64,000 nucleotides of DNA from contig MU053334.1 of assembly GCA_013239625.1 (NCBI GenBank), positions 445,190 to 509,189 on the forward strand, in the 5' to 3' direction. The translations under genes and the position numbers were made by a program. The notes under the pieces are model-generated. The model made no database searches, was not told the origin of the DNA, and worked only from the letters and a program-made list of their open reading frames with translations. Below are positions 32,801 to 45,551 of the stretch, in pieces (positions within the stretch are counted from its first letter, which is position 1; each line of letters starts with the position of its first letter). Origin of the DNA: Lama guanicoe. Lineage: Eukaryota.

Positions 32801-34169
32801 GAGGAAGGACAGCAGAGGGTGTGGTCCTGCCCTGCTGCCCTCTTCCCTCCTCTGCTTGGTCCGTCCTTCCCTCGTGGCACCTCCTTCAGGAAGCCTGCAG
32901 GATGTGGTCCCCCTCCTGGGGCCCTTGTCACAACTACCTCGAGCCACCTCCTCCCACCCCCTACTAGCCTCAGAGCTCCCCCAGTGGGACCGTGTCGGGG
33001 AGCCCCCTGTGGGGCCAGAGCGAAGGGACTGGGCCTGTGGGGTGGCCCAGTGTGGCCCGGCTTCTGCCACATGCAAGTCCAGTCCCCTGGCCTCCAGGAA
33101 CCAGTGTGGGCGTCACACCAGCCTCTGGGCCTCCTCCTTGCGTGGCCTCACCTCCTCTGCGTCCCAGCCACCCGGCAGCTTGCCACCAGCCTCCTGTCCT
33201 CACTGTGCTGGCATCCTCTTGGCCCTGCACAGGGAGCACCCTGCACGCTGTCCTCGCCTCGGGTGTGCGTGCGCCTGTTGGGAAACTCTGTGGCCCTCCA
33301 GCCGCGGCTGCTTCCTCCACAGGGCGTCTTGTTTCCCTTCCATCTTGACTGTGCTGGCTGCGTGTCTCCAGACATTTTGGAGGCCCGTGTCATTATCACC
33401 CACACTCCTACCAGTCAGGGCTTAAGCCTCGAGGGCCACTTCCTGCCTGGCACCCCAGCCTTCTCATTCATGCACCCAGCTCTCCACTTGTTCAGGATTA
33501 TTCTGCAGCCCTGGGGAATAAAGACATGGAAAAATGAACATCTTTAGCAACACTCTTGGACCGGGACCTTGCCCTCTGCCACAGCACGTGGCAGCTCGCA
33601 ATCAGCCTGGGTCCGGCGGGGAGGACGACACCCTGGAGGCCCCAGCCAGCCCACAGCAGACATGCTGCGTGGGGCCCCAGCGAAGCTTTACTAGTTTAAG
33701 CCTCAGACTGTTGGGTAACCGATTGGTACACTAACCGGCCAGCGAGCCCAGGAACCCACTGAGCCCACGGTCCCCTCAGCAAGTACCAGAGGCCCTGGAG
33801 AAGCCGCTTCATTGCAAACAAACAAGTAAAACCAACACAAGTGGAGCTTTGAGAAGAGCCATCAGCTGTTATGTAAGAAACACTTCTGCTGAGCAGCAGA
33901 GGGACACTTAGTTTTGTCAGAAAAACATCATGACAGGGAAAGAGAGCATGTTTAGCAAGTGTCTCTTAATTCAGGAAAACACTGACTCGGTGAAACTAGA
34001 AGTGAAAGACGGATGAGGAAAGGCAGCTAGAAAGGACCCTCTTCCAGATCAAAGGACCCACCAATAATGCAGCCACCCGCCAGCCCAGAGAGGAACACTT
34101 CCCAGAGGGTAAGGATGGAGTCTAGAGTCTTGGCCGTGTGTCTTCCACAAGGTCCCGTGTGTAATAAAA

Positions 34170-35580
34170 AGCCCCTGGGAATGGTGATGTGACCTCAGCC
34201 AAGAGGAAGAAGGCTGTCAAAAAGGCGCCCTCACAGACACCCAGGTGCTGGAGTTGGCACAGAAACATTTTAAAGTAACTGTTATAAAAATGCTGAACAA
34301 CGTACGGTGGGGGGGGCTGATGTAACGGAGAAGGGGTGGGGGAACCTTACACCAAGAATGAAGAGAAAATAAATAGTTGCTTTAAGAAACCTCAGTGACC
34401 TGTGAGAAATTATGTAAAATACCAAGTTGTCTGAGAAGAAGAAGAATGAGAAAAAAATTCTGAAGCACAAAAAATGGCCAAATGTTTTTAAATTTGGCTG
34501 AAAACATGAACTCTGTGTTCCAAGAAACAAAGCGCAGGGCGAATAAATACCAGGAAAGTCACGTCTATGCACAGGAGCGTCCAACTGCCCAAAGGGAAAG
34601 ACGGAAGGAGACCTGCAGAGCAGCCGGGACAAAAGGACGTGCAGCACACGGAGGAGGCAAATAGTAATAGTAATAGTAATAAAACATACAGGAAAACTAA
34701 ACAATGTGCAATGAACTGTTTACATGTATTTACACGCAATGTAATGTGTACGTGCAGTCGGACTGTAATGATTCTACATCATAAAACTGGAAAAAATTAA
34801 TAGTGGTAGTAAATATAATCCATCCATATAAAACTTACACTAAATATAAGTGGACTAAACCCTCCACTTACAAGGCAAATACTTTCAGACTGAACATGAA
34901 AAAGCCCAAAGCAAGTGTGTGCTGCTTACAAGCTTCCAAGAGACACATTACGAATGTGAAGACCAGGACAGGTTCGAAGTGAAAGCACGGGAAGATACAC
35001 GCTGTGCAATCAGTAATCTTAACGAAACCAGAGTGACCATATTAAAATGCATCAGAGAAAGTAAACTTCAAGGCAAGCAGTGTTAGCAGAGCTGGAAAGG
35101 GACATTTTATAACAATAAAAAGGTCCATTCACCAGAAAGCATAACAAAAGTAAGTGTGCATGTAACGAGTAACGAAACGTCAACATAGACGCAGTAAAAA
35201 TGGGCAGAGTTAAGAAGCAGACACACCTACAAGATTTGGGGATTTTAAGGCCTTTCCTCAGTAAGTGGTAAATCAAACAAGCAAGCCTCAGTAAGGTTGC
35301 AGAAGATCTGACAAACACTGCAAGAGACGTGGGCTACTGGGCGTTTTAAACGCTACCCCGTAACTCCAGAACGTGCATCCTCCACGTGTCCGCCTGGGCT
35401 GTTCACCAAGGGAGGACCGGCCATAAAGCAAACCTCAATAAACTTCTGAAGATCGGAAGCATCAAAGTATGTCTTCTCACTAAAATAGGAATAAACCAAA
35501 AAAAAATTAACTGAAAATCAGTAACTATAAGTTAGCAAGAATACCCTTAAGTACCTGAAACTCAGCAGCATAATACTAGC
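34170..35580 (+). mobile_element. Old L1 (ORF1 remnant and ORF2 endonuclease region)
   Basis: aaatggccaaatgttttt...; aaatataagtggactaaaccctccac; gacattttataacaataaaaaggtccattcaccagaaag. Confidence 0.8.
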
Positions 35581-35950
35581 CTACGGGTCTAAGATGGCCC
35601 AGTAGGAGTGGCAGTGACGCCCATCAGACAGAGCAGTGGTTGAAAGCGCTGGGAAGTCATCGTCACAGCAGCGGAAGAGGGAGCAACCGTCGGCCAGCAC
35701 TGACCTGCGGCTCACGGGAGGGAATGAAGCGTCGTTCGAGGAGCAGTGAATGGGGGGTAACTATAAATCAAAGAAGCTTTAATGTCCTTACTTTCCTGAA
35801 AGAATTATTAACTGTTTAAAGCAAACAAAATTGGGTATGAGAGTGTGACACGTGGTAATAAAATACAAACCTCTGATAACATCACTTGCAGAGGACATGA
35901 CACTGGGCTGTTGTGAAGTGTCCACATGCCACACTGAGCTCTGTGATGCT

Positions 35951-36083
35951 TTTTTGGGAGGGGAGGTAACTAGATTTACTTATTGTTGTCATTTTTTAAT
36001 TTACTGGAGGTGCTGGGGATTGAACTCACCAGGCCCCTGTACGCGCTGAGCACGCGCTCTACCACCGAGCTGTACTCTCCCCC
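35951..36083 (-). mobile_element. tRNA-derived SINE resembling camelid Vic-1
   Basis: Minus strand reads GGGGGAGAGTACAGCTCGGTGGTAGAGCGCGTGCTCAGC...GAGTTCAATCCCCAGCACCTCC...AAATCTAGTTACCTCCCCTCCCAAAAA, with A and B boxes. Degenerate 15-bp TSD at 35936-35950 and 36084-36098 (11/15 identical). Confidence 0.85.
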
Positions 36084-36234
36084 GAGCTGTTTAATGTTAA
36101 TTTGAGATGGACTTTCATAGGTTAAGTAGGCATACTATAATCTTTAGAGATACCACTAGAATTATAAAAGTGTACAGGTAAAAAGCCCACAGAGGTGATA
36201 AAACTAAATATTGGAAAATGCTTAACCACCCACA

Positions 36235-36870
36235 CTAAGTGTTGGCAAGAATGTGGAGCAACCGCAGGTGAGCTGCCAAGTGGCAAAGTCTCTCTTGGAA
36301 ACTGCCTGGCATTTTCTCAAAAACGAAACGTGTGCTGAACATAAGACCCAGCAATTATACAAGGCAAATGCTCAAAAGAAATTTAGAAGTGTGTCTACAA
36401 AAATGCTTGTGCAACAACATTAATGGCAGCTTTAGTGATAATCACCGAAGACCAGAAGTGGCTAAAGTATTCACCGGGAGATGAGAGAAGTAAGCAAATT
36501 GCAGCCTGTCTGTACCGTGGAATACCATCCAAGACTGAAACAAACCGTGGAGACACACCACAGCACAGGTGAATCCCAAGCATCTGGAAACAAAGGCGTT
36601 CATCATCGTGACTCCACTTGAACGCCTTTCCAGAACAGACATAAATCAGGTGCAGTGGCAGAGCTCAGACCAGCGCTCGCCCGGATCAGGAGTAAGGGTG
36701 GGTTTAGCTAGAAAGAGGCACGAAGCACCTTTTTTGAGGTGATGCAAGTGTTGTATCTGGATCATGGTGATAGTTCCTTGCGTGTAAACATTTGCTAAAG
36801 CTCACTGACTATGAACTTGACGTGAATTAATCTTATTGTATGTAAATTCCATCTCAATCAAGTTTACTTT
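36235..36870 (+). mobile_element. L1ME-type 3' UTR
   Basis: aagtgttggcaagaatgtggagcaac...gacccagcaatt...ttattgtatgtaaattccatctcaat. Confidence 0.85.
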
Positions 36871-37049
36871 AAAGGAAAAGAAAAAAAATGATTAGCTGAA
36901 AAGAAGTCAGGAAAGAGGAACAAAGAACAGGGGGGTAAAACATAAAGCAAATTGAAAACGGCAGACTTAAACCCAACCACACCAGTAACATAACAAGATT
37001 GAGGAGGTGCTAAGATAAAAACTTTCTGAGTCAAAGCAAGACTTCAGTT

Positions 37050-37300
37050 TTGCTCATTTATTTAGCTACTCAAGAATGTCTTTTTCACTGACCAAGGTTC
37101 ACAAAAATAGACCAAATCCTTGCTTTCATGGAAATTAGAGTTTAGTGGGATCATCAATTTTTTTGGCTATATAATCCCATTAATCAGTGTGTAATTGCCA
37201 AAAAGGAACGTAATTCTATGGGAACATTCATCCTGGGGAGGTGAGCCCACCTGGAGCAGGGTATTGCCAAAGAAGGTGCCCCTCAACAGCTGATGGGAGG
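37050..37300 (-). mobile_element. Probable L2 3'-end remnant
   Basis: tcatttattt...aaatagaccaaatccttgctttcatggaaattagagtttagtggga. Confidence 0.5.
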
Positions 37301-37320
37301 TCGGCAGGGAATGGACAGGT

Positions 37321-38197
37321 GTTCAGACACAGGTGTCAGTCGCAGGGGTCAGTCACAGGGGTCAGTCGCAGGGGTCAGTCACAGGGTCAGTCATGGGGTC
37401 AGTCACAGGTGTCAGTCACGGGGTCAGTCACAGGTGTCAGTCACAGGGGCAAGCAANNNNNNNNNNNNNNNNNNNNNNNNNNNNNNNNNNNNNNNNNNNN
37501 NNNNNNNNNNNNNNNNNNNNNNNNNNNNNNNNNNNNNNNNNNNNNNNNNNNNNNNNNNNNNNNNNNNNNNNNNNNNNNNNNNNNNNNNNNNNNNNNNNNN
37601 NNNNNNNNNNNNNNNNNNNNNNNNNNNNNNNNNNNNNNNNNNNNNNNNNNNNNNNNNNNNNNNNNNNNNNNNNNNNNNNNNNNNNNNNNNNNNNNNNNNN
37701 NNNNNNNNNNNNNNNNNNNNNNNNNNNNNNNNNNNNNNNNNNNNNNNNNNNNNNNNNNNNNNNCACGGGGTCAGTCACAGGTGTCAGTCACGGGGTCAGT
37801 CACCGGTGTCAGTCATGGGGTCGGTCACAGGTGTCAGTCACAGGGTCAGTCACAGGGTCAGTAACGGGGTCAGTCACAGGGTCGGTCACAAGTGTCAGTC
37901 ACAGGGGTCAGTCACGGGGTCAGTCACAGGGGTCAGTCACAGGGGCCAGTCACAGGGGTCAGTCACGGGGTCAGTCACAGGTGTCAGTCACGGGGTCAGT
38001 CACAGGGGTCAGTCACAGGGGTCAGTCACGGGGTCAGTCACAGGTGTCAGTCACAGGGTCAGTCACGGGGTCAGTCACGGGGTCAGTCACAGGTGTCAGT
38101 CACAGGGGTCACTCACAGAGGTCAGTCGCAGGGGTCAGATGCAGGTGTCAGTCACGGGGTCAGTCGCAGGGGTCAGTCGCAGGTTCAGACACAGGTG
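37321..38197. repeat. Minisatellite of 12-13 bp units (GGGGTCAGTCAC[A] and variants), interrupted by an assembly gap
   Basis: Dozens of GTCAGTCAC units on both sides of the N run; bounded by GTTCAGACACAGGTG at 37321-37335 and 38183-38197. Confidence 0.95.
37457..37762. other. Assembly gap (306 N)
   Basis: Run of N. Confidence 1.
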
Positions 38198-38559
38198 CTG
38201 CATGTGGAGCCTGGAGTGGGAGGGGCAGGCCCTCTGAACACTGAGTCTACAGATTAGAAAGAGGAGCTCCCATATACTTGTCCTGGAAACTAAAAGGACT
38301 TGAAGACATACTTGGAGGTGATACAACCAGGATGCAGTCTCAGTAGGACGCTCAAGGGCGGGGCAGTCGTGCCTAAAGAAGCCTGAGGAGAGCCCGGGAG
38401 CGGCGAGCCTGAGGGCGGCTGTGTGCTGTGGCAATGGCACCGAGTGTAAAGATCACAGAGCATCCTTGGAAGGCTGACACCAGCACGGCATTTCTATCAC
38501 AACCCAGGGCGGACATTCCAGCACACGTCCTGGGAGGGCGGGCGGGGCGGCGACCTCTC

Positions 38560-41500
38560 TGCCATCCGCAGCAGTGACTCAGTGTTGCTGGTAGCAAAGA
38601 TATTCTCTATGGCGACTTACAGTCACAGAGTGAGTGTCCTCGGGAGGGACACGCCAAGGAAAACATGGGCTGAACTGGAGAAGAACTGAAGACCGGAGAA
38701 AGGAGGGAGGCGCCGGGCAGAGTGCCCGGAGAGCCGGCTCTCACCGGGGATGATACAGGCGCATGTGGTTTCCCGTGAGCGTGAGGCTGCAGCCTGGGCT
38801 ACCGGGAGGAAACACACCCACGGACTGAGAGCACGTTACTCACCGAAACACCTAGAAGCCACGTCGCGGGGGAGTTGGGAGTCAAAGCTGACACGGCGCC
38901 CCCCGAGCTGAGCAGACACCGAGCCCTGGCCGTGGCTCCAGTAAACCAGAAAGTAGAAGTGAGACGAGGGGTCCAACGGGACAAAGGGGATGTTCAGTCC
39001 AAATAAATGTCCCAAGTGTGATTTACAGAACAGAGTAAGGAGACTGAGAGGCGGAGAGAAGCAGGCAGGTGGGCAGGGGCCCTGGGGCCCGAGGCGAAGC
39101 CTGGCGGCGAGTCCCCTGGTTTTGCCTTTGCTTGTAGTGTACCCTGGACTTGGAGTGAAGAGGCTGGCGATGTGGAGACATCGACAGAGGCACGAGAACA
39201 AAGCCCCCCCGAAACGTGCTCTCTTGAGTGAAGAAGACCACAAAAGGGGCGCTCTTGAAAAACAGAAAACTTTAGCTACCTTAATAGCTGCCCTCCTGCA
39301 GGCAGACAGGAAGGCCCCGCTCCCCAGCGCCCTGCAAAGGCCAAGTCGGCAGCCCCCACCCCCGCCTGGCAAAGGCAAGGCACCGGCGTGCTCGAGGTCT
39401 TCCCCACAGGGCGGTGCCTGGGAGGCGGGGCAGGGAGCTGGGGTTTCACTCCTGCTGGCGGTGGAGACCCTCCTGCCCCTTGGAGCCAGCGGGGACCACG
39501 TTGAGGGGGCCAGAAGTGAAGCACTTCTCCCCATCCCCTCCTGGGGGCAGGGCAGTCAGAGGTCTGGAGGAGAGTCAGGACTTCTCATGGCACACTGGTA
39601 ATGAGGCCACATTCCCCAGAATCTCAGTGAAGGTACGTGGGGAGCAGTGACAAGGAACGCTTGCTCCCCTGAGACAGGGGTGCACTGGTGGGCCTCGTGG
39701 GGAGCCAGGACTCCCAGCCCACCCAGCAGCAACGAGAAGCCTCTTGGGTCTCATCAGAGGGCTAAGCCGCCATCTGGCGCTCTCCTTCCCTTGATTAATC
39801 TGCGCTAGAGGAAGCCAGCTAAGCAGGCTTAAGGAGGGCCCGGAATCCCATTGCCGTACCCAGAGCGTCCAGGTTTCAGTAAAAGAATTGCTCATCCCAA
39901 TAAGAACCAGGAAGATCTCAAACTGAATGAAAACGGACCGTCCGCAGAGGCCGGCACCGATGGTGCCGATGTTAGATCATCCAGCAGAGATGTTTAAGCA
40001 TCTGCCAAAAAAATGCTTCAATTGTGAACACATTGAAACAAAAAATATAAAGTCCCAGCAAAGAAATAGGAAATGTAAGGGAGAGCCAATGGAAACTTTG
40101 GAACCCAAAATCACGATAAATGAAATAAAAGCACAAAAACAAACCAAAAAACCTCTCAATGGTTGTGCTTACCAGCAAAAGGGAGGGGAAAAATCAGTGT
40201 ACTGGATGGCAGACCAACGGAAATGATCCAACCTGACAAACAGACAGAAAACAGAGTGGGAAAAAAAGGGAACAAAGCCTCAGAAACCTGTGGGGTCGTC
40301 ACAGAAAGTCCAACATCAGTGTCATGGGGGACTTGGAAAAGCACTCAAAGAAATAATGTTTTAAAACATCCCAAATTTGGCAAAAGACCTACAGATTAAA
40401 AAATCTGACTGAATCCAAATAGGTCAAACCCAAAGAAAGCCACACCAAGACGTATCATAGTCAGACTTCTGAAACGTACAGACAAGGGGAAAAAAAAGGA
40501 AGCAGTGAGAGAAACAGCTCCGTACCTTTAGGGGAACAACCAATTTGAATGACAGCAAATTTCTCATCAGAAAACATGAAGGCCAAAAAAGCAGGGCATT
40601 TTTCAAATGCTGGAAGGAAAAAAACAAAGAACCGCCAGCCCAGAACGCTCTTCCCAGGAAGGAAGGGAGGACGAGTCACTGTCAGATGAAGGAAAGGCAG
40701 GGAGTCTGTCACCATAAGATACACCCTGAAAGCTGCAAAGCATGTGAACTGAAAACGGACAAAGTTGAAAGGAGAAATACACAAATCTACAGTTACAGCT
40801 GGAGTTGTCAACGTTCATCTCTCAACAACCCACAGGACGACTCCAGAAGATCCACAGGACGCGGAAGAACTTGACGCTGACAAACAGCAGGGTCTAGTCA
40901 GCATCTGATCTGCAGACGCTCCACCCTGCGGCAGAGCACACACGCCTCTCGACGGGCCTCAGAGCAGGTATGAAGACAGACCAGGTCTTGGGACGTAAAG
41001 CCAATCGCAATACATTTAACATAATCGAAACCATGCCAAGTTTGTTCTTTGATAACAATGGAATCAACTTAGAAACCAGTAACAGAAAGTTAACAAGAAA
41101 ATCTTCACGTCCTCGAAAGCACACTGCTAAATAAGTTACGGGCCAGTGAGGAAGTCTTAAGGGAACCACAGAGAGACGCTGAACTGAACTTCAACGAAAA
41201 CACGACTTACCAAAACTTGAGGGACAAACCCACCAGTGCAGGGGAAGGGCTGCATCGGTGAGCGTGCGTCCTAGAGACGGGGGGCGGGGGGTCTCCGGCC
41301 AGGAAACACAGCTCCCAGCTCAAGAACCTGGAAGCAGAAGAGCGAGATGAACTCAAAGCGCAAGCAAGGGGCAGCAAAGGCAGCAACAGAAACCAGTGGA
41401 GCGGAAAACAGGAGAATGGCTTTGAATTCATTCAAATGAAAGAAATGAAATGAAAGGAAGGAAGATGCCAATAAAATCGACAAAATTCTAGAACGGCTGC

Positions 41501-44500
41501 GAAGGAAAAAGAGAGGAGGAGCCAGTCGCCAGCATCAGGAACAGAACGGACGCCACAGGCATCAGAAGGACCCCGAGCGGGCGCCGCGGACGCCCCTGCC
41601 TGCAGACAGACAAGGCGGGCAGAGCGCACCAGCGCCTCAGAGCGCGCACGCCACCGCAGCTCACTCGGCGCGGGCACCTTGTGCAGGCTCGTGTCCATCA
41701 AGGAAAGCGGGTTCGTAATTTTAAACCCCAGAAGAAGCATCAGGGCTCGGATGGTTTCAGTGAGAAATTCCAGCAAACTTTTACAGAAGAAGTAACACCA
41801 GGCCCGCACAATTTCTTCCAGAAAGGAGAAGAGGAGGGGATACTTCCCGATCCATGTTATGAAGCTAGTGTTACCCAGACGCCATAACCATATGGACAGC
41901 ACAAAAAATTAACAACCAAAACCAAACCTACAGATCAACATTCCTTGTAAATACAGATACAACGATCTCCAACAAAGCAGCAACACACACGGTCCATCAG
42001 TATGTGAAGAGAGCGATACATTCTCGCCCAGTGGGGCCTGTTCCAGGGGTGCAAGGCTGGTTCAACATTCAAAGCCTAATGAATTCAACCATCCTAACCG
42101 GCCAAAGAGGAAAACGCACGTGAGCGTGTAACTGATGCAGAAAAAGCACTTGACAGAGGTCTCCTCCATTCGTGACAGAAACCCTCAGAAAAGTAACAGC
42201 AGGACTGGGGGCCTCTTCAACTGGATGGAGAGCATCTGCAGGAGACCCCACTGCCAGCCCTGGGCTCCGCGGTACAACGTGAACGCGGGGACCCGGCAAG
42301 GACGCCCACGCCCACCACGCTTACTCAACAGGGCGGGAGGTTCTAGGCAGTGCAGGGAGACAAGAAAAGGAGGTGAAAGCTCCCAGTTTGGAAGAAACGG
42401 AGGTGTCCCTATTTGCACGTGACGCCGTTGTCTATACAGAAAATCCAAATAATCTATTACAAATTCCAGGAACTAAGAAGCCAATTTCTCAAGCTTCAAG
42501 GATACGGGGATACAATGAATTGCATTTCTATGTTCTAGCAATGACCATGTGGTCACCGACCGCTGTGTTCAGAATACAGTACTGTTTGCAATTGCTCAAA
42601 TAAAACAAAAACCTTCAGTTTAGCTCTGACAAGGTACATCTAGGAAGTGTGTGCTGAAAAATACAAGACACTGGTGGAGGAAACCAAAGCGGATGTGAAT
42701 GAACGGAACTGTTGCCGTACTCGGTCTGGGCTGCTCGTTGCTCAAGAATCGACTGAGAGACGTGTTGGGTACAAGGAAAGGCATCTTTATTGAAGAAGCT
42801 GGCAATCCCGGGGAGAAGGTGGACTCATGTCCCAGAGGACCAGCTCCCCAGTTGCCAGTCAGAGGGCAAGAGCTTTCACAGGGGGTCCAGGGGTGCGCAG
42901 GTTGGGGTGGGCATGTGCGGAACAGCACAGGCAGCCCCAGCTATCATCCTGAAGCTGGCCGTGCAGGCGCCGCCTTAATTGCTTTAAGTTAATCTTCAGC
43001 CCCAGGGTCAGTCTGCTCCCACTTCCCTGGGGCCGGTTCTTGGGATTGTGCAAGATGGAGCAGCTGATGTCAGGCCACAGCCTGGTCGTCATGAAGTTAG
43101 CTTTTCTCCCTTGGTGGGGTTTCAGTACCTGCAAAACAGCTCCAAGGATGTGGCTCAGAATATGAGCTACAGCCCTTGAGGAGGAGCCAAAGGCCCTTGA
43201 CTTTGTTTAACGGCTCAACTATTATTATTCTGTCTTGCTTGACTGTTTCCCTTTGCCTCCTCTGGTTGAATTTGTTCTTTGGAACTCAGAGAAGACCTCG
43301 GAGGCTGAAGGTTTCCTTCAGAGACGAGGCGGAGGACGTGGGGGAGGGGTCTGTCCCAGGAAGACCCCACAGGGCCCTGCTACGTTCGCATGCTGGAGGG
43401 CTTGACGCAGGAAAGATGCCAGTCCTCCCCAGATGAACACACAAGTGCCACAGTTCCTAACAAAACGCCAGCAAGAACTTCCCTGGATGCACGCAAGACT
43501 GTTCTGAGATCCGTGTGGAGACGTGAAGGGACGAAGGAGCCAGAGCAGCCAGAGCAGCTGCGAGGAGAGGGTGGAGTGGGAGGAATCAGTGCCCCGACGC
43601 CAAGCCTGTCACGGCGGGGTGGCCAGAGCTTCGTGGTGCTGGCAGAGGAGGAGAGGCAGAGCACTGGGGCGGACAAGAGAACCAGAAGCAGACCCCACGA
43701 GTAGGTCCGAAGGTGCCCGAGCCGTTCAGCGGAGGAGGGGCTGCCTTCAAGCTGCTGGAGCCATTGGACATTCATAGCCAAAAAGAAAAAGAAAAAGAGT
43801 GTGGTCCTAACGCACTTTAGGCAAAAGTTATCTCAAGACGGATCACATGAAGGCATGCTTAAAGGTAAAGGTAAACCTCCAAAACTTTTAGGGGAAATAG
43901 GAGAAGACCCTCAAGACGCAGGGTTTGACCGAGGGTTCTTAGACGTGACACTGAAAGCATGACGCACTGAAGGGGGGAAAGGAAAGCTGGGCTTCATCAA
44001 AATCAAAGCTTCTGCGAAAGGCCCGGGCGGGGGCGGGGAGAGAGGGCACTGACCGGGAGAACGCGTGTGAAACCGCACGCTCAGCAAAGGGCTAGTGTCT
44101 AGAAGTGAAGTGAAGTGCTAGGAAGGAGGCGTTAGCGACCTTGGTCGTGGCGGTGGTTTCCCAGGTGTGCGCGCACAGCAGACTCCATCAAACTGCGCGT
44201 CTGAGACGGGCGTCGTTTGCTGTATGCCACAACAACGGTGCTAAAAAGTTTTAAAAATTGAAACAACCCAACTAGAAATTGAGAAGAAGACTGGGAGAAC
44301 CAGTTTTCTAAAGAGGACAAAAAGACAGCAAGAAAGCACGTGGGAAGATGTCCAGCACCGTCAGCCTGGAGGGAAGTGGAAACGGAACCTGTGATGAGAC
44401 ACCCAGAGGCCGCGAAGTCAGGACGGCGAAGGCAGAGCCACGGCGCCAGCTGCGCCAGAGGAGGAACCGGCACGCCGCTCACGGCTGATGGGAATGTAAA

Positions 44501-44890
44501 TAACACAGTCACTCCGGCTCATCGTTTGTCAGGTTCTTAAAAATCAAAACCTGCACCTACTGTGTAACCAGCGGTTACACCCCAGCACCTGCTTATCCCA
44601 GAGAAACGAGAGCGGGTGTTCACGCCAGAGCCCAGGGCGCACGCTCACAGCAGCGTCGTGTGCAACAGCCGCAGCCTGGGCATGACCCAGACGGCCTCCA
44701 GCAGGTGCACAGGTGAGCAAACTGTGCTCCATCCACACCGCGGAGCCCCACTCGGCAGTAAAAGTAACGGCCTACGGCAGACAAAACCGTCCGAGCGAGT
44801 CCGCAGAGAATCATGCTGCGTGAAAAAGCCATTCATCCAGGGTTATACACGGTTCCAGAAACAGCACAATTACAGAACTCAAAGATTTCT
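38560..44890 (+). mobile_element. Long decayed L1 (5' region, ORF1 ~39900-40640, ORF2 ~40740-44300, 3' UTR), interrupted by an LTR; 5' boundary approximate
   Basis: ORF1 relic aaagccacaccaagacgtatcatagtcagactt; ORF2 relics tgcaaggctggttcaacattc (QGWFNI), gatgcagaaaaagcacttgac (DAEKA.D) and tcttccagaaa...tatgaagctagtgttacc. Confidence 0.85.
42710..43381 (-). mobile_element. ERV1 solo LTR (MER34/LTR39-like) nested in L1 ORF2
   Basis: Starts tgttgccg; TTTATT at 42787-42792 (AATAAA on minus); ends ccccacagggccctgct; L1 ORF2 sequence resumes on both sides. Confidence 0.75.
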
Positions 44891-45551
44891 TTAAATATAT
44901 AAAATTTTTTAAATAATTAATAAAAAACATTAAAAAATGTATGAAAAGTTGATGTCAGAAGAGCCCAGAGAAATTGAGCAGAGGCAGCTGTAGTCTCCTG
45001 CCCTGCGACAGGTGCACGATGCACGGACAGACAGACAGACACAGAGCAAAGATTTGAGTTATGTGCTTAATAAGATTTATTTATTCACATGTTTCAAACT
45101 TTATTCTCTAATACAGGTGATACTCATTCATTTTTAGGCATCCAGAGGATAGCCCCCAAATTAAATTTACATGCGACCCCAGGGGAAACTGCAGCTAATT
45201 CCACAGACAAGATGCGAAACACGTGTGTGAAAAGTTAGCCATGGTCTGGCAAAAATACAGCTGAGGATTGAAACCAAAACCTCAGACAAAGCCAAACAGT
45301 GCAATTGGTCAGTTAGTGGTGTGGTTGGCCCCCAGCCTCCCTCCCCTCCCTCCCCTCCTGTCCCCCTCTTCCCCTCCTCTCTGCCCTCCACTTCCCAGGC
45401 AGACTGTGTGTCAGGGCTCAGGCCCGCTGGGGAGATGTCACTTTGCATCAGGTGTTTACCTAGATTTTCTACACGGGACGCTGATTGGTCAGGTGTCATC
45501 GAGGTGCAGATTCTCAGGATTTGCTCTGTGTCATCATGACCAGGGCAGTTG

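Noticed and set aside
35951..36083. Possible tRNA gene
   Set aside because: The A/B boxes belong to a SINE head with tail and TSD; there is no complete cloverleaf.
37241..38257. Long ORFs or CRISPR-like array
   Set aside because: Head-to-tail 12-13-bp units with no unique spacers and no cas genes; the ORFs exist only because the repeat and N run lack stops.
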